Of a stretch of 64,000 bases of DNA, positions 13,091-22,765 are shown in pieces. The DNA comes from Eukaryota sp. TZLM1-RC. Its lineage: Eukaryota > Protista > Metamonada: BaSk clade. The stretch spans positions 2,728,001 through 2,792,000 of the forward strand of contig JAUPSS010000001.1 in the NCBI GenBank assembly GCA_040285825.1. Reading direction: 5' to 3'. The first letter of the stretch is position 1, and each line of letters opens with the position of its first letter. Made by a program: the position numbers and the translations under genes. The notes under the pieces were generated by a model, which searched no databases, had not been told where the DNA came from, and saw only the letters and a program-made list of their open reading frames with translations.

Positions 13091-14143
13091 ATGCTCTTTC
13101 CAGCATGGGTCTTTGAGTTGATACTACTTGTTCAATTCATCGCGACCCTTGTTCTTTCTCTCACAGATCGCATAACATCGCGTTCTGTGTGTCATTTTCT
13201 CTACTCTGGAGTTTTTGGTACACTATTCTACCATTTTTACTTCCTTGCCATTTACAATGATTCACCATATCTTATCAATGCAGACGACTACATTTTTTTC
13301 GGCAAAATCCACTCCTCAGTACCAATCTTTGTCCTCTTCCTCTGGTCATCTGTCACTACTTGTATTCACGCCGTTTCCAACTATCTCATCCTTCCTTCTT
13401 CTTTTCATCTTCAAGTTCTTCTAGATGGCCTGTTGACCTTTTCTTTCTTTCTCTCCTTTGAGTACATCGGTTCTTTAACGTCGTTGTGGCACCACACCTC
13501 AGAAGCACAGTATTACTTACTTGGCGCTCCGACGTTTTACATTTTTTATCATTTTTTTGGAGGTCTTTTCTTTTCATTTTTTGTTCGACTTTCTGATCTC
13601 TATGTCGGGTTACCCGATGAGCCAAGCAGTTTGATTCAACGTTTATCAATGGTACTAAAGGAATCTTTCCGAATTGGACTTTGTACAATAGTCAGTTTAA
13701 CGTGTCTATTCTTAATTATTTTGTTTGCAGGCATTGTATCCGTCTTCACTGGTTACAATGCCCCGCAATTAATTACCTTCGCCGTCTTTGTTGTTTTGTC
13801 ATTGGTTATTGCCCTATTCAAGATTCCTGAGTGGGGAAGGCATCACCATCGAACTGAGTCTATTTGGTCATTAATTCCTTTTTTTGTGCTTGTCCCACCT
13901 CAAATAATTGCTTTAATCTCTTGTTTTTTTGATAATCTAATACTTCTGCACATTGTTCTAATTATTGGTAATTCATTAGGAACAATTTTGATTGTTTGCC
14001 TGCCTTATTACAAGGAATTCTCTATGGCTAATACATTGAAATACATTACAATCAAACCATTATTAAGAACAAAGTCAAAACAAAATGTGGTATATCCTGA
14101 GACTGGGACAGAAATAAACGTGACGGGAATGGTGGATGATTAG
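13091..14143 (+). CDS. Multi-pass membrane protein, possibly CruF/DUF422-like
   Basis: ATG at 13091 and many hydrophobic helices. GKIHSSVP...W and W...LGAP segments resemble the CruF repeat pattern. Confidence 0.6.
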   Translation: MLFPAWVFELILLVQFIATLVLSLTDRITSRSVCHFLYSGVFGTLFYHFYFLAIYNDSPYLINADDYIFFGKIHSSVPIFVLFLWSSVTTCIHAVSNYLILPSSFHLQVLLDGLLTFSFFLSFEYIGSLTSLWHHTSEAQYYLLGAPTFYIFYHFFGGLFFSFFVRLSDLYVGLPDEPSSLIQRLSMVLKESFRIGLCTIVSLTCLFLIILFAGIVSVFTGYNAPQLITFAVFVVLSLVIALFKIPEWGRHHHRTESIWSLIPFFVLVPPQIIALISCFFDNLILLHIVLIIGNSLGTILIVCLPYYKEFSMANTLKYITIKPLLRTKSKQNVVYPETGTEINVTGMVDD

Positions 14144-14298
14144 ATTCTATATTTCGTTAGTTTTATCTAGTTTTTTATTCTAGTCAAGGAAAAAAAATCT
14201 TGTAAATAGCTCAAAAAGTGATATTTTGAAACTTCAAACTTGCAAAATATAAAAAAAATTATTCAAAAATTAATCAAAAATTTACAATTTAAATATAC

Positions 14299-15741
14299 CT
14301 AAACCAAAAATTCCTTAATCATTAGAGAAAGCAAGTCAAAACGACTACACTGGAACTTCAACATTTTTTTAAACGGCTTCGACAAGCGCTCCTGAAGAAT
14401 CACAAGCCGCCGAACATTGTATACATTCCTAAAAACAAAACCTACCACAGATTCAGCTGCTTTTCCTCTACAATGCGTAAGACTTAGGTTCAGATCTCCC
14501 CAAAGTTTGGTCTGTTGCATTTCAAAGCTTGGGTTGATTTCCCCATGGCCATAGAGATGAGAAAGGTGAAGGTCCTTAAGCTTCGGAAGGTGTTGAAGCA
14601 CGTTCAACACTTGCTGACAGTGAAGAGGTACCTTCAAGGTTAAATGCTTAAGGGAGTGAGAATAATTGGTAAGATGGCTGATCGAATTAACATTGACCAT
14701 AACATTTACAATCTTGAGTGATTCAATATTAGATGGAAGACGCCAAAGAGAAATGTCTCGGGTTCTAGCAACATCTATCGAAGACAGACTAAAGTTACGG
14801 ATAGTTTCAGAGCCTTGCAAGCACTGAAGAACCACGGCTGCCACTCTAGAAGGGACCAAAGACAAGCTGATGGTTTCTAGTTTCATGTTCTTCAGCTTTG
14901 CATATTGACTGATTGGTTCCGAAATACTCATTGAGATATGAAGGTCTTTGATATTGGGCAGATAATCAAGTATTTGAGGGTCGAATGGACTTACCTTAAT
15001 GGCCTTCACCATCTTCAGAAGTTCCGCACAACTGTCACACTGCTCCTTAGTCAAAAGAGAGGTTCCTTCGAGTTGTAAGTGAGGTTTCCAAGAGGTTTTT
15101 GATTGCAAGTTGGAGAGGGTGTGGCTTGAAACTGAAGAGACTAACCTTGGGTGTAAAACAATGTTCTTCAATTGTGAATGTGATGATAAAATCTTGAACA
15201 ACTTGTTACAACTGGTTTGGTTCCAATGTGAGGTAGGGTTAATTCGGATGGAAGATAAGTGTGGAGATTTGGCTAAGAATCTGCTGAATGCATTTAAATC
15301 TGATGGATATAACATTAAGTGAATGGATGTCAGAGGATAGAAGCCACCATTAGAGGGAACTTGCCTCAGTGAAACAAAGGAGGAGGCAAACAGTGGAAAC
15401 TTGAACACAACATTTGTTGGAGCTATCTCGATGAGTTTCAGGACTTTTTCAGTATGTCTATAGCCTTCGTTAACCATTTCGATTTCAATGGTTCTCTCAT
15501 CGGAAAGTCTGTTGAGGAGTTCATTTGTGATTTGGGATCCAGTGATTTTAATATTTCTGATTCTGGAAAACAATTTTGGATACCACTCAAAATGGCAAAC
15601 ATCAATGGCATCCAAAGAGGAGACAAAACTACTCTCCAATATTGCACATTCTCGGAATCTTTTCGAAACACAACTTAGTCGGATTAAGTGGCGTGGAGAT
15701 GTTCTTTCCAACACTTCACGGAGTAGTGTTCGGTTGAGCAT
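14299..15741 (-). CDS. F-box-like / leucine-rich repeat protein
   Basis: 480-aa ORF with LIRLSCVSKRFR F-box signature and LxxLxL repeats. Confidence 0.7.
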   Translation of the reverse strand: MLNRTLLREVLERTSPRHLIRLSCVSKRFRECAILESSFVSSLDAIDVCHFEWYPKLFSRIRNIKITGSQITNELLNRLSDERTIEIEMVNEGYRHTEKVLKLIEIAPTNVVFKFPLFASSFVSLRQVPSNGGFYPLTSIHLMLYPSDLNAFSRFLAKSPHLSSIRINPTSHWNQTSCNKLFKILSSHSQLKNIVLHPRLVSSVSSHTLSNLQSKTSWKPHLQLEGTSLLTKEQCDSCAELLKMVKAIKVSPFDPQILDYLPNIKDLHISMSISEPISQYAKLKNMKLETISLSLVPSRVAAVVLQCLQGSETIRNFSLSSIDVARTRDISLWRLPSNIESLKIVNVMVNVNSISHLTNYSHSLKHLTLKVPLHCQQVLNVLQHLPKLKDLHLSHLYGHGEINPSFEMQQTKLWGDLNLSLTHCRGKAAESVVGFVFRNVYNVRRLVILQERLSKPFKKMLKFQCSRFDLLSLMIKEFLV

Positions 15742-16146
15742 AACAAAAGGATTAACTTAGTAGGTGATCATAAATTCTATTGAGGGCCTCCCCGAAGAGA
15801 TGTCTGGTCATAGGATAGTTTTGCATTTAACCCAAGACACAAGATGATGAAGATTTGGTTTAAAAAGATCCAAAAGCAAGAGAGAATCACATCATATGAT
15901 GATATCTGATATATATTCATTCAAGGGATTCAACTTGAAACCTAAAAATGTATTGATTTCGATATTAGTGTGGACGAGGTTACAATCAATAGATATATTT
16001 AAAAAAACTACAATGATTATCATTATTCAAAAAAGGAAAGTTTTAAATAATTTATTATACATAAAAGGAAAGTTTTAAATAAGTTATTATACAAAAACTG
16101 AAAAAAGAGACTTAACCCTCTTTAATGTTTTTTTCCCACATGACAC

Positions 16147-19100
16147 CTAATTATACCTTAAAATATAACTTTCTGCGCCATCTCGAACCTCTATTTCTAG
16201 CTTACTGTGAGTAATTGTCTTTTTTGTACAGAGTTCCACTTCTGAAAACTCTCTTAAATAACCAGACGATGGAGAAATGTCAAATGAAAGATCTAATACA
16301 CGGAAAGAAATAGGATTTCTAGAATTATTTCGAAGCGAAAACGAATGATTTGGATCTCCATTAGATTTAATTATTTCCACAGACTTGGTTGATTCGATTC
16401 CTTTCCCAACGATGTTAACAAACGCATAGTCACCTTCTTCTGAAACCATGCCTAGGAACAAAGAAAAATAACCAATTTTTGGAGGTGTAAAAGAGACGGG
16501 AACCAAAACAAATGACTTTGATTTGATAAAAATAGAGTCATGTTTAATTCTAAATGGCGAGTCGACAAGAGGACTGAAAACGTGCAAATTCCCGCCAGAA
16601 CCATTACAAACTCTTAACTTTAGTTTTGAGGTGTGGCCTGCTAGAACCTCGCCAAAATTAAGCTCTTCCCTGAAATGTAACGAATTTCGAGAACCTGAGA
16701 GATTTGGTTTTGAAAATTTGGAATGTGGATCAACTACCTCAATATTTAAAGGTATTGGTGATCTACATTTGTCATAAAACAGATCATATGCGAAAATTCT
16801 GGCACTGGAAAGATACGCACTGGACACTGAAACTACTTTAGGATCAACACCAAGCTCTCCCGACCTTGAATCAAACCTAATTTGACGGTGGTCTTCTGTT
16901 TTCAATTTTGATTTGATTGCGAATTTGATTGGTGATTTAGCCACACTCCACAAAACTAGCGGAACACAACTAATAAAATCAGATTTTACAAATAGCTTTG
17001 GAACTCCCAACACCTTTATTGAATGCTCTGTGATTGGGGAACGTGAAAGACTTGATCTCGGACTGGGAGGAGAATCATCATAGTGATTAAAAAAGTGTTC
17101 AGGCGGTGAAAACTTTGCCAATACTCTTTGTTCATGGGAGAATCCCGTTGAAATTGCTTGACTCTTGAAGACCAGACTACAGCTTTCAAGATTTGGCTTT
17201 GAAATCAATGTTAGTTCAAATAAAACTTTTTGGTCGGGTGCAAGATTCAATGGAGGTCTTGGGGAACAGCTCAAAAAGGAAGGGAAAGTACAGGTCAAAA
17301 CTAATGATTGATTGGAAGAATTAAGAACTGAAAGTGATTGAGTTTTATCATCAAATTCAATAACATCAGGGTCAATTACCAAGGTTTCGTGGCGTGATAT
17401 TTTTGACCTTTCTGGTGGACTTTCCAAGACTTTTTCATGCTTTGGCCTCCCCTCAAGTGTTACCTCTAATGAAGTAATGCTAAGAGATTGTTTGAAATTT
17501 TTGCTAATGTAAAAGAAATCGTACAGTCTATCACCTGGCTCTGCTTTGGAACCACTGCCTTGTTCAACAAAATTTAGCAAACTTAGATCAAAATTTGGTG
17601 ACTCCCATGATGACTCGCAATTAAGCTCTTCAACGACTCTGACAGCTGTAGACCTTCCGAAAAGCTTCACCAAATTTTCAGAAGGGATTAGTGAATCTGG
17701 ATCAGTCTCAGCCATTGGTAAGGAGTTACTGGTGGCAAGCTTTCTGTAGCTTAATATTTGATAGTCAACCGAAGCAAGAAGGATATTTGAAATTTTGGAA
17801 GAAGAGATCACTGAAAGATCAGTTGACAACCTGACACTCACAGTGTTCTTGGGTTCCACCAACATCATTGAAGGTTCGGCGGTGATATGATTATCAATTG
17901 AAAGAACTTTCAAAGCAGCAGCTCTTGTTCCAGAATTTCTTAAAGTAATTGCACTTGGAATTCTGATGACATCAATATTGGGAATTTGAAGCAAAGAACT
18001 CCCTCCATTCCCCAGTAAAGGTATTCTATATTCAGAGTTGTAATCAGGATTAACAGATTCGGTAGCAGGAATTAATACCAATAATGATCTATAAGAAATA
18101 GCTTGTTTTGGCTTAAATAAAACAGTTAGTTCAAAAGAGAACCTGGAAAGTTCAAAACTACCTTCAGAAACCTCTTGACCATTTAATAGTAATTTAAAAC
18201 AATCATCCGCTTCTTCTAATTTTGGAATAGACACATTGATGACTTTACTGGAAGATGACAGACCAAACAGATCATTAATAGATTCATTACTTGGAATTGA
18301 ATTATTTCTAATAGTCAAAACTTCTTTTGTTTGTTTGGACACTCCACACACTCCAAAAGAGAGAACAGGTTTGTCGCAGACCAAATCTAATGGTAAGGAG
18401 GGTGGTTTAAGTGTAATAAAACAAGAAATTGGAATGGAAAAAAGAAAAAAATTATTGGAATATGTGGAGAGTGAGAGAGAAAACTCAAGTGGATCAGCGT
18501 TGAAAAACTTTTTAAATTTCTTTAAATCTTGGTGGCTCAGAGTTTCAATTGGTAAAGTGGCTGTCAGTCCTAAAGAATATGATTTTCCAGGTTCCAATAG
18601 TAAGGAATTCGATTCCAAAACCACATCTAAGTTAGCCACCAACTCTGAGAGATCTAAATTTTCATCAAAAGGCTCAACCTCGAAAGTGAGCTCATCGGTG
18701 ACATGACCCCCATTTCTTAACTGAAGAGTTGTTGATGAATGACAAGAACCAATAATAACATCAGATTCAGAAACCTCGCAATGTCTGGTCATTTGAAACT
18801 TTGTTCTTGACCGAGTTTCCCTGTGCACTTGAATCTTTGAGACTCCGACCCTCATCGACAAAACACAGGAAGTTAGAAACAATTCGAAAACAGATGGTTT
18901 TGAATCAATGGAGAAATCAACAACTGATACCACATTTAAAGTCGCCACCAAACGTTTAGGATGGGTTGCCAAAGAATTTCTAAAATTAATAAATTCAGAA
19001 TTAGAATTTAAAATTGTACATTGGGGAAAACCATAAACTAACAGCTTTAAGGTTTGACCAGGATCCATGGTGACGTGTAAGCTTGACTGTGGTTGACCGG

Positions 19101-20886
19101 GACAATCACTCAATTTGATTAGGAATGGTGATGATGTGATAGGGTCAAAAGCTCCTTCAGTTTCCATTGAAGATGATGTTTTGATTGATAACAAGAACCG
19201 ACTCTTGACACTAGATCTATTTTGAACTTCTATGGTTTTTACAGCTGCTCTTTTCATCACGTCATCATTTTGACCATCTTTTTGAGCTGATGACATAATG
19301 AGAGGTAGAATACCATACTCCAAAGATGCATGACTCAACTCGACTCTTGATTCAAAAACATTACCGGATATATTGATAGCTTCCGAAAAAGATGAATTAG
19401 CTTCACCTGAAACCGCTTTGATTACTACAATCGCCGAAAACTCACCAACAACAACTGGGTTGACTCCGATTCTTAACGATAAAGGTGCCTTTGGTGGTAG
19501 AGTCAACTCATTACCAGAAAGAAGAGAGAGCAAATCAAACCTTGGATCATTTGAATTTGTAATTAATGCTCCAGTCTCGTCCGTAGGGAATAACTTAATT
19601 TGAAGGTTAGTTGTAGCGGAGACAAGGGATTTGAGAGGTATTTGAAAATAAACATTATCCAAATAATTACTAGTTTTGAGGGGTAATTTCTTTAAAGATA
19701 TATTAGAAGGACAAGAAAACAAAGGACTGACGGAATCAATATAACCCGAAACGGAAGGTGATGATGTCATGATTGGAGATTTGATTGAAGTACAGTTCCC
19801 CTTGAGAGTAAACAATAGTACCACGCTACCATTAACCATTACTTTGAGATCAGTCTCGTAATCACCTTCCCTTTCTGGATAAAACGAAACCAAAACGGAA
19901 GCTGATGACGTGGGCGGTAACGTCATTTGATTGGGAGACAAAGAAAACGCTTGACTGAAGGGTTCAATAAGCAATTTCAATTGAGCCTCAGAATTCAGAG
20001 TATTTCTCAAAGGCAGTACCTTCCCCATGGAACTTCTTAAAGGAACAGTACCAAAATCAACTTCATTAGCTATAGAAATGGTAGTTTGATTGGGAGAAAG
20101 GTTTTTTTGGAAATTTTCCTCAATCGAATGTTGATCCAAGACCACTGATTGTTCGTGAGTGTCATCATCGACAATCAATTCTTCAATCAAATCAAATTGA
20201 TTATTTGATTGCTCAGGGATGTTATCCCCTTGTTCCCCATGTTCTTCTGGTATTTCTTCATGTGGTTTTTCTTCTCTTTGCTTTTCAATACTGTTTTCCC
20301 CTTCATTGACCTCTTCATGTTTGTAATCATCTTCATCAAAACTCTCCTCAATCACGTCATAAATTACGTCATCACCTGCTACTTCATGACTTGCTGTCTG
20401 TTCGGTAACTCTGCTGGTATCAACAGCCAGCAAGTAATCGTCAATGGCATTGCTCTTATCCATAATGGAAGGACTTTCTGGAATAGGGACAGGGGGAGAG
20501 GAAGTACGTGGAGAATGTAGTTCCGACTCGGAAGAGGCGTTGGAGAGAGGTAGATCAGGGAGAGAAAACTGGTGGTCGGGATAAGCTCGGTCCAGATTAC
20601 CAGCAGCAAATTTCTCTTGGAGCTTCTTGAAGGAGGGGGTGGTGAGAGACGTCTGACGCGGGGTGAACTCCAGACGGAGAGGTGGTGATACGTGGTCTGT
20701 GGAGAATGATGAAGTATTGGGGGATTGAGGAGGAGATTCACAGAGCCATGAATCAGGATCATCCTCATATTGTTTTGGTGAATTGTCTACTTCAGAGGTG
20801 GAATTTAAAGAAGGAAGATCACGAAAGATTTGACGGTGAAGTGGACTACATTGTCTTGGACTTTTGGGACTCGTGGGGGGGTCCAT
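16147..20886 (-). CDS. CEP192: Centrosomal protein Cep192/Spd-2-like (multiple ASH/Ig-like domains)
   Basis: 1579 aa with an acidic disordered N-terminus and repeated FG..LRN..F.P..G.Y ASH units. IPLLGNGGSS...LRNSGTRAAALK matches the Spd-2 domain motif. Confidence 0.75.
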   Translation of the reverse strand: MDPPTSPKSPRQCSPLHRQIFRDLPSLNSTSEVDNSPKQYEDDPDSWLCESPPQSPNTSSFSTDHVSPPLRLEFTPRQTSLTTPSFKKLQEKFAAGNLDRAYPDHQFSLPDLPLSNASSESELHSPRTSSPPVPIPESPSIMDKSNAIDDYLLAVDTSRVTEQTASHEVAGDDVIYDVIEESFDEDDYKHEEVNEGENSIEKQREEKPHEEIPEEHGEQGDNIPEQSNNQFDLIEELIVDDDTHEQSVVLDQHSIEENFQKNLSPNQTTISIANEVDFGTVPLRSSMGKVLPLRNTLNSEAQLKLLIEPFSQAFSLSPNQMTLPPTSSASVLVSFYPEREGDYETDLKVMVNGSVVLLFTLKGNCTSIKSPIMTSSPSVSGYIDSVSPLFSCPSNISLKKLPLKTSNYLDNVYFQIPLKSLVSATTNLQIKLFPTDETGALITNSNDPRFDLLSLLSGNELTLPPKAPLSLRIGVNPVVVGEFSAIVVIKAVSGEANSSFSEAINISGNVFESRVELSHASLEYGILPLIMSSAQKDGQNDDVMKRAAVKTIEVQNRSSVKSRFLLSIKTSSSMETEGAFDPITSSPFLIKLSDCPGQPQSSLHVTMDPGQTLKLLVYGFPQCTILNSNSEFINFRNSLATHPKRLVATLNVVSVVDFSIDSKPSVFELFLTSCVLSMRVGVSKIQVHRETRSRTKFQMTRHCEVSESDVIIGSCHSSTTLQLRNGGHVTDELTFEVEPFDENLDLSELVANLDVVLESNSLLLEPGKSYSLGLTATLPIETLSHQDLKKFKKFFNADPLEFSLSLSTYSNNFFLFSIPISCFITLKPPSLPLDLVCDKPVLSFGVCGVSKQTKEVLTIRNNSIPSNESINDLFGLSSSSKVINVSIPKLEEADDCFKLLLNGQEVSEGSFELSRFSFELTVLFKPKQAISYRSLLVLIPATESVNPDYNSEYRIPLLGNGGSSLLQIPNIDVIRIPSAITLRNSGTRAAALKVLSIDNHITAEPSMMLVEPKNTVSVRLSTDLSVISSSKISNILLASVDYQILSYRKLATSNSLPMAETDPDSLIPSENLVKLFGRSTAVRVVEELNCESSWESPNFDLSLLNFVEQGSGSKAEPGDRLYDFFYISKNFKQSLSITSLEVTLEGRPKHEKVLESPPERSKISRHETLVIDPDVIEFDDKTQSLSVLNSSNQSLVLTCTFPSFLSCSPRPPLNLAPDQKVLFELTLISKPNLESCSLVFKSQAISTGFSHEQRVLAKFSPPEHFFNHYDDSPPSPRSSLSRSPITEHSIKVLGVPKLFVKSDFISCVPLVLWSVAKSPIKFAIKSKLKTEDHRQIRFDSRSGELGVDPKVVSVSSAYLSSARIFAYDLFYDKCRSPIPLNIEVVDPHSKFSKPNLSGSRNSLHFREELNFGEVLAGHTSKLKLRVCNGSGGNLHVFSPLVDSPFRIKHDSIFIKSKSFVLVPVSFTPPKIGYFSLFLGMVSEEGDYAFVNIVGKGIESTKSVEIIKSNGDPNHSFSLRNNSRNPISFRVLDLSFDISPSSGYLREFSEVELCTKKTITHSKLEIEVRDGAESYILRYN

Positions 20887-20890
20887 TTTT

Positions 20891-22300
20891 ACAGATATTG
20901 TCTATAACAGTGAGCCAAGTATCCTTTGAACCAATCAAAAGATTTTTCACAATTAGATTAACATTTTCCTTTGAAAGTTTAAGATACATCAAAATTATAC
21001 ATTGTTCCTCAGCTTTTGCATTTGCTACTCGTGATATTGTATTGAGATTTGGTTGTTGAATCGGACTCATTGGTGTGCCGTCACCTTTATAATCCTGATC
21101 AACATCTCTCTGACTTTCTTCAACGGGTTCAATAACATTGGTTTGAGACTGTTGTCTCTTGAACACCTCTGATCTCTCTCTTCCATCCAAAATGTCTTCA
21201 GCCAACAAATGAATATTTAGTGCAGAATTAGTATCTCGATTCCAGTAGGTTTTGCATTGATTACATTGCCTTAGACCCCATGGAGTTACTTGTCGAACCT
21301 TGCAGTTGCCCAATTCATCCTTTTCCAAAAGCTTTGAAATACGTTTTCTTATTCTCTTGTTGGTGGTATTTTTCAATTCTTTAACTAATTCTCTAATTGC
21401 TAGATTTCTTTGTTTACTCTAACTCGTATCTTGTTTTTCACTGTTTCTACCCTTATCATTGCTTCTTCCAACTTTTCTTTTACTTTTACTTTCTTTTTTC
21501 CTTTTGTTGCATTATTTGAATCTGTCTTTAAATTCCATTTTCTCTTTCTGACATGATTATCCCGTCTAATTGAGTTTTGTTTTTCGTTGGGATCATCGTA
21601 TTTGTAGGAAGTTTTCGTGTTTTCTCCAATTGTAACCTTTCGAGCACAATTATGGCATTTTTTTGAAGTAAATGCCTCATTGACTAAATATACAAGGTAT
21701 CCGGCTTGTCTCAATACTTTTCTTATACTTGTTCCTTTAGATGGATACTTTCCTTTTCTTTTAAATCCAGACTCTTTACTCCAATCACCAATGACTATCA
21801 TACAATCACCAGGTTCTCCAAACTTTTGTTTAATTTTACGAATCAGCTTCAAGTCACCTTTTTGTTTTCCCTTGTGTTGGGAGAATTTTTCTTTTCGATA
21901 TTGTTTTTGGTTAAATAAAATCCAAGTTTTCATTCTAAAAATTTCTTTTGCTTCAATATACTCACAAAATTGATCTAAAATGGTTGATTTTGATTGTTTT
22001 CTCATTTGAGAATCAGATAGAATTTCAAAATTTCTCCGTAACTTTCTCTATCACCGTTAAAGAAGTATTCATTGATTGGTTACTCAAGTATACGTCTCTA
22101 ATTTTTTGTTGTTTTGTTGTGTTTTTTCCCAAAAAACTCTCTTCTTCTAAATTGAATTGAAACCGATTCTCCATTGGTTACAATCATATTATCAAAAACA
22201 TATGGGGCTTCTTCAAAATAGTGCAGGTTTTCATCTTCAACATTATTTCTAGGAAACTTCTCACACGATTTTTTAAACATTCTATATTGTCATTTGATGA
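20891..22300 (-). mobile_element. Fanzor (TnpB-like) element remnant F1; 5'-truncated, RuvC-I region missing
   Basis: Motifs FDNMIVTNGESVS, IVIGDWS, LVNEAFTSKKCHNC (RuvC-II plus Zn finger) and CNQCKTYWNRDTNSALNI (RuvC-III). Confidence 0.88.
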
Positions 22301-22315
22301 AGTTCCGGGAGAATT

Positions 22316-22761
22316 TGTTGAAGATTGACTGGAATGTTTGAAAATGATATTTATAATAATATATGCAGCTCGGCTGTTTTAAATCAAGATCTTCACTCAT
22401 TGTTATTGGAAAAAGGTGTTTGTGAAAACCAGTCATCAGATTCTTTACTGTTTGTAACCATTGTACCACGAAGATTTGGACTGTGTGCTACTCTTGAAGC
22501 GTTTATAACAAAAATGAGATTATATTTGAATATTCCCATTAATCAATTATAAAGAAAAATATATTTGTTTGAATTCACCACAGCTCACCTTGCGTCATGC
22601 TCTGAATTGTTATAAGTTGATAACTTATCGTTGTTCATTACATGATGCTGTTAGAGACACTGTTTTCAATAAGGCTCAAACTGCAAGAATATCGAATATC
22701 AAAGAGCCTCTGCTGAAGGAAACACTGTAGTTGAATAATTTTGGTTCTGATGACAGAGGTG
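22316..22761 (+). mobile_element. Family C CRE-like fragment
   Basis: Homologous to 3390-3840. Confidence 0.88.
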
Positions 22762-22765
22762 TTAT

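Noticed and set aside
22286-22295. ATTGTCATTT resembling the F2/F4b right-end motif
   Set aside because: It is antisense to the F1 coding remnant with no upstream structure, so it is probably chance in AT-rich DNA.
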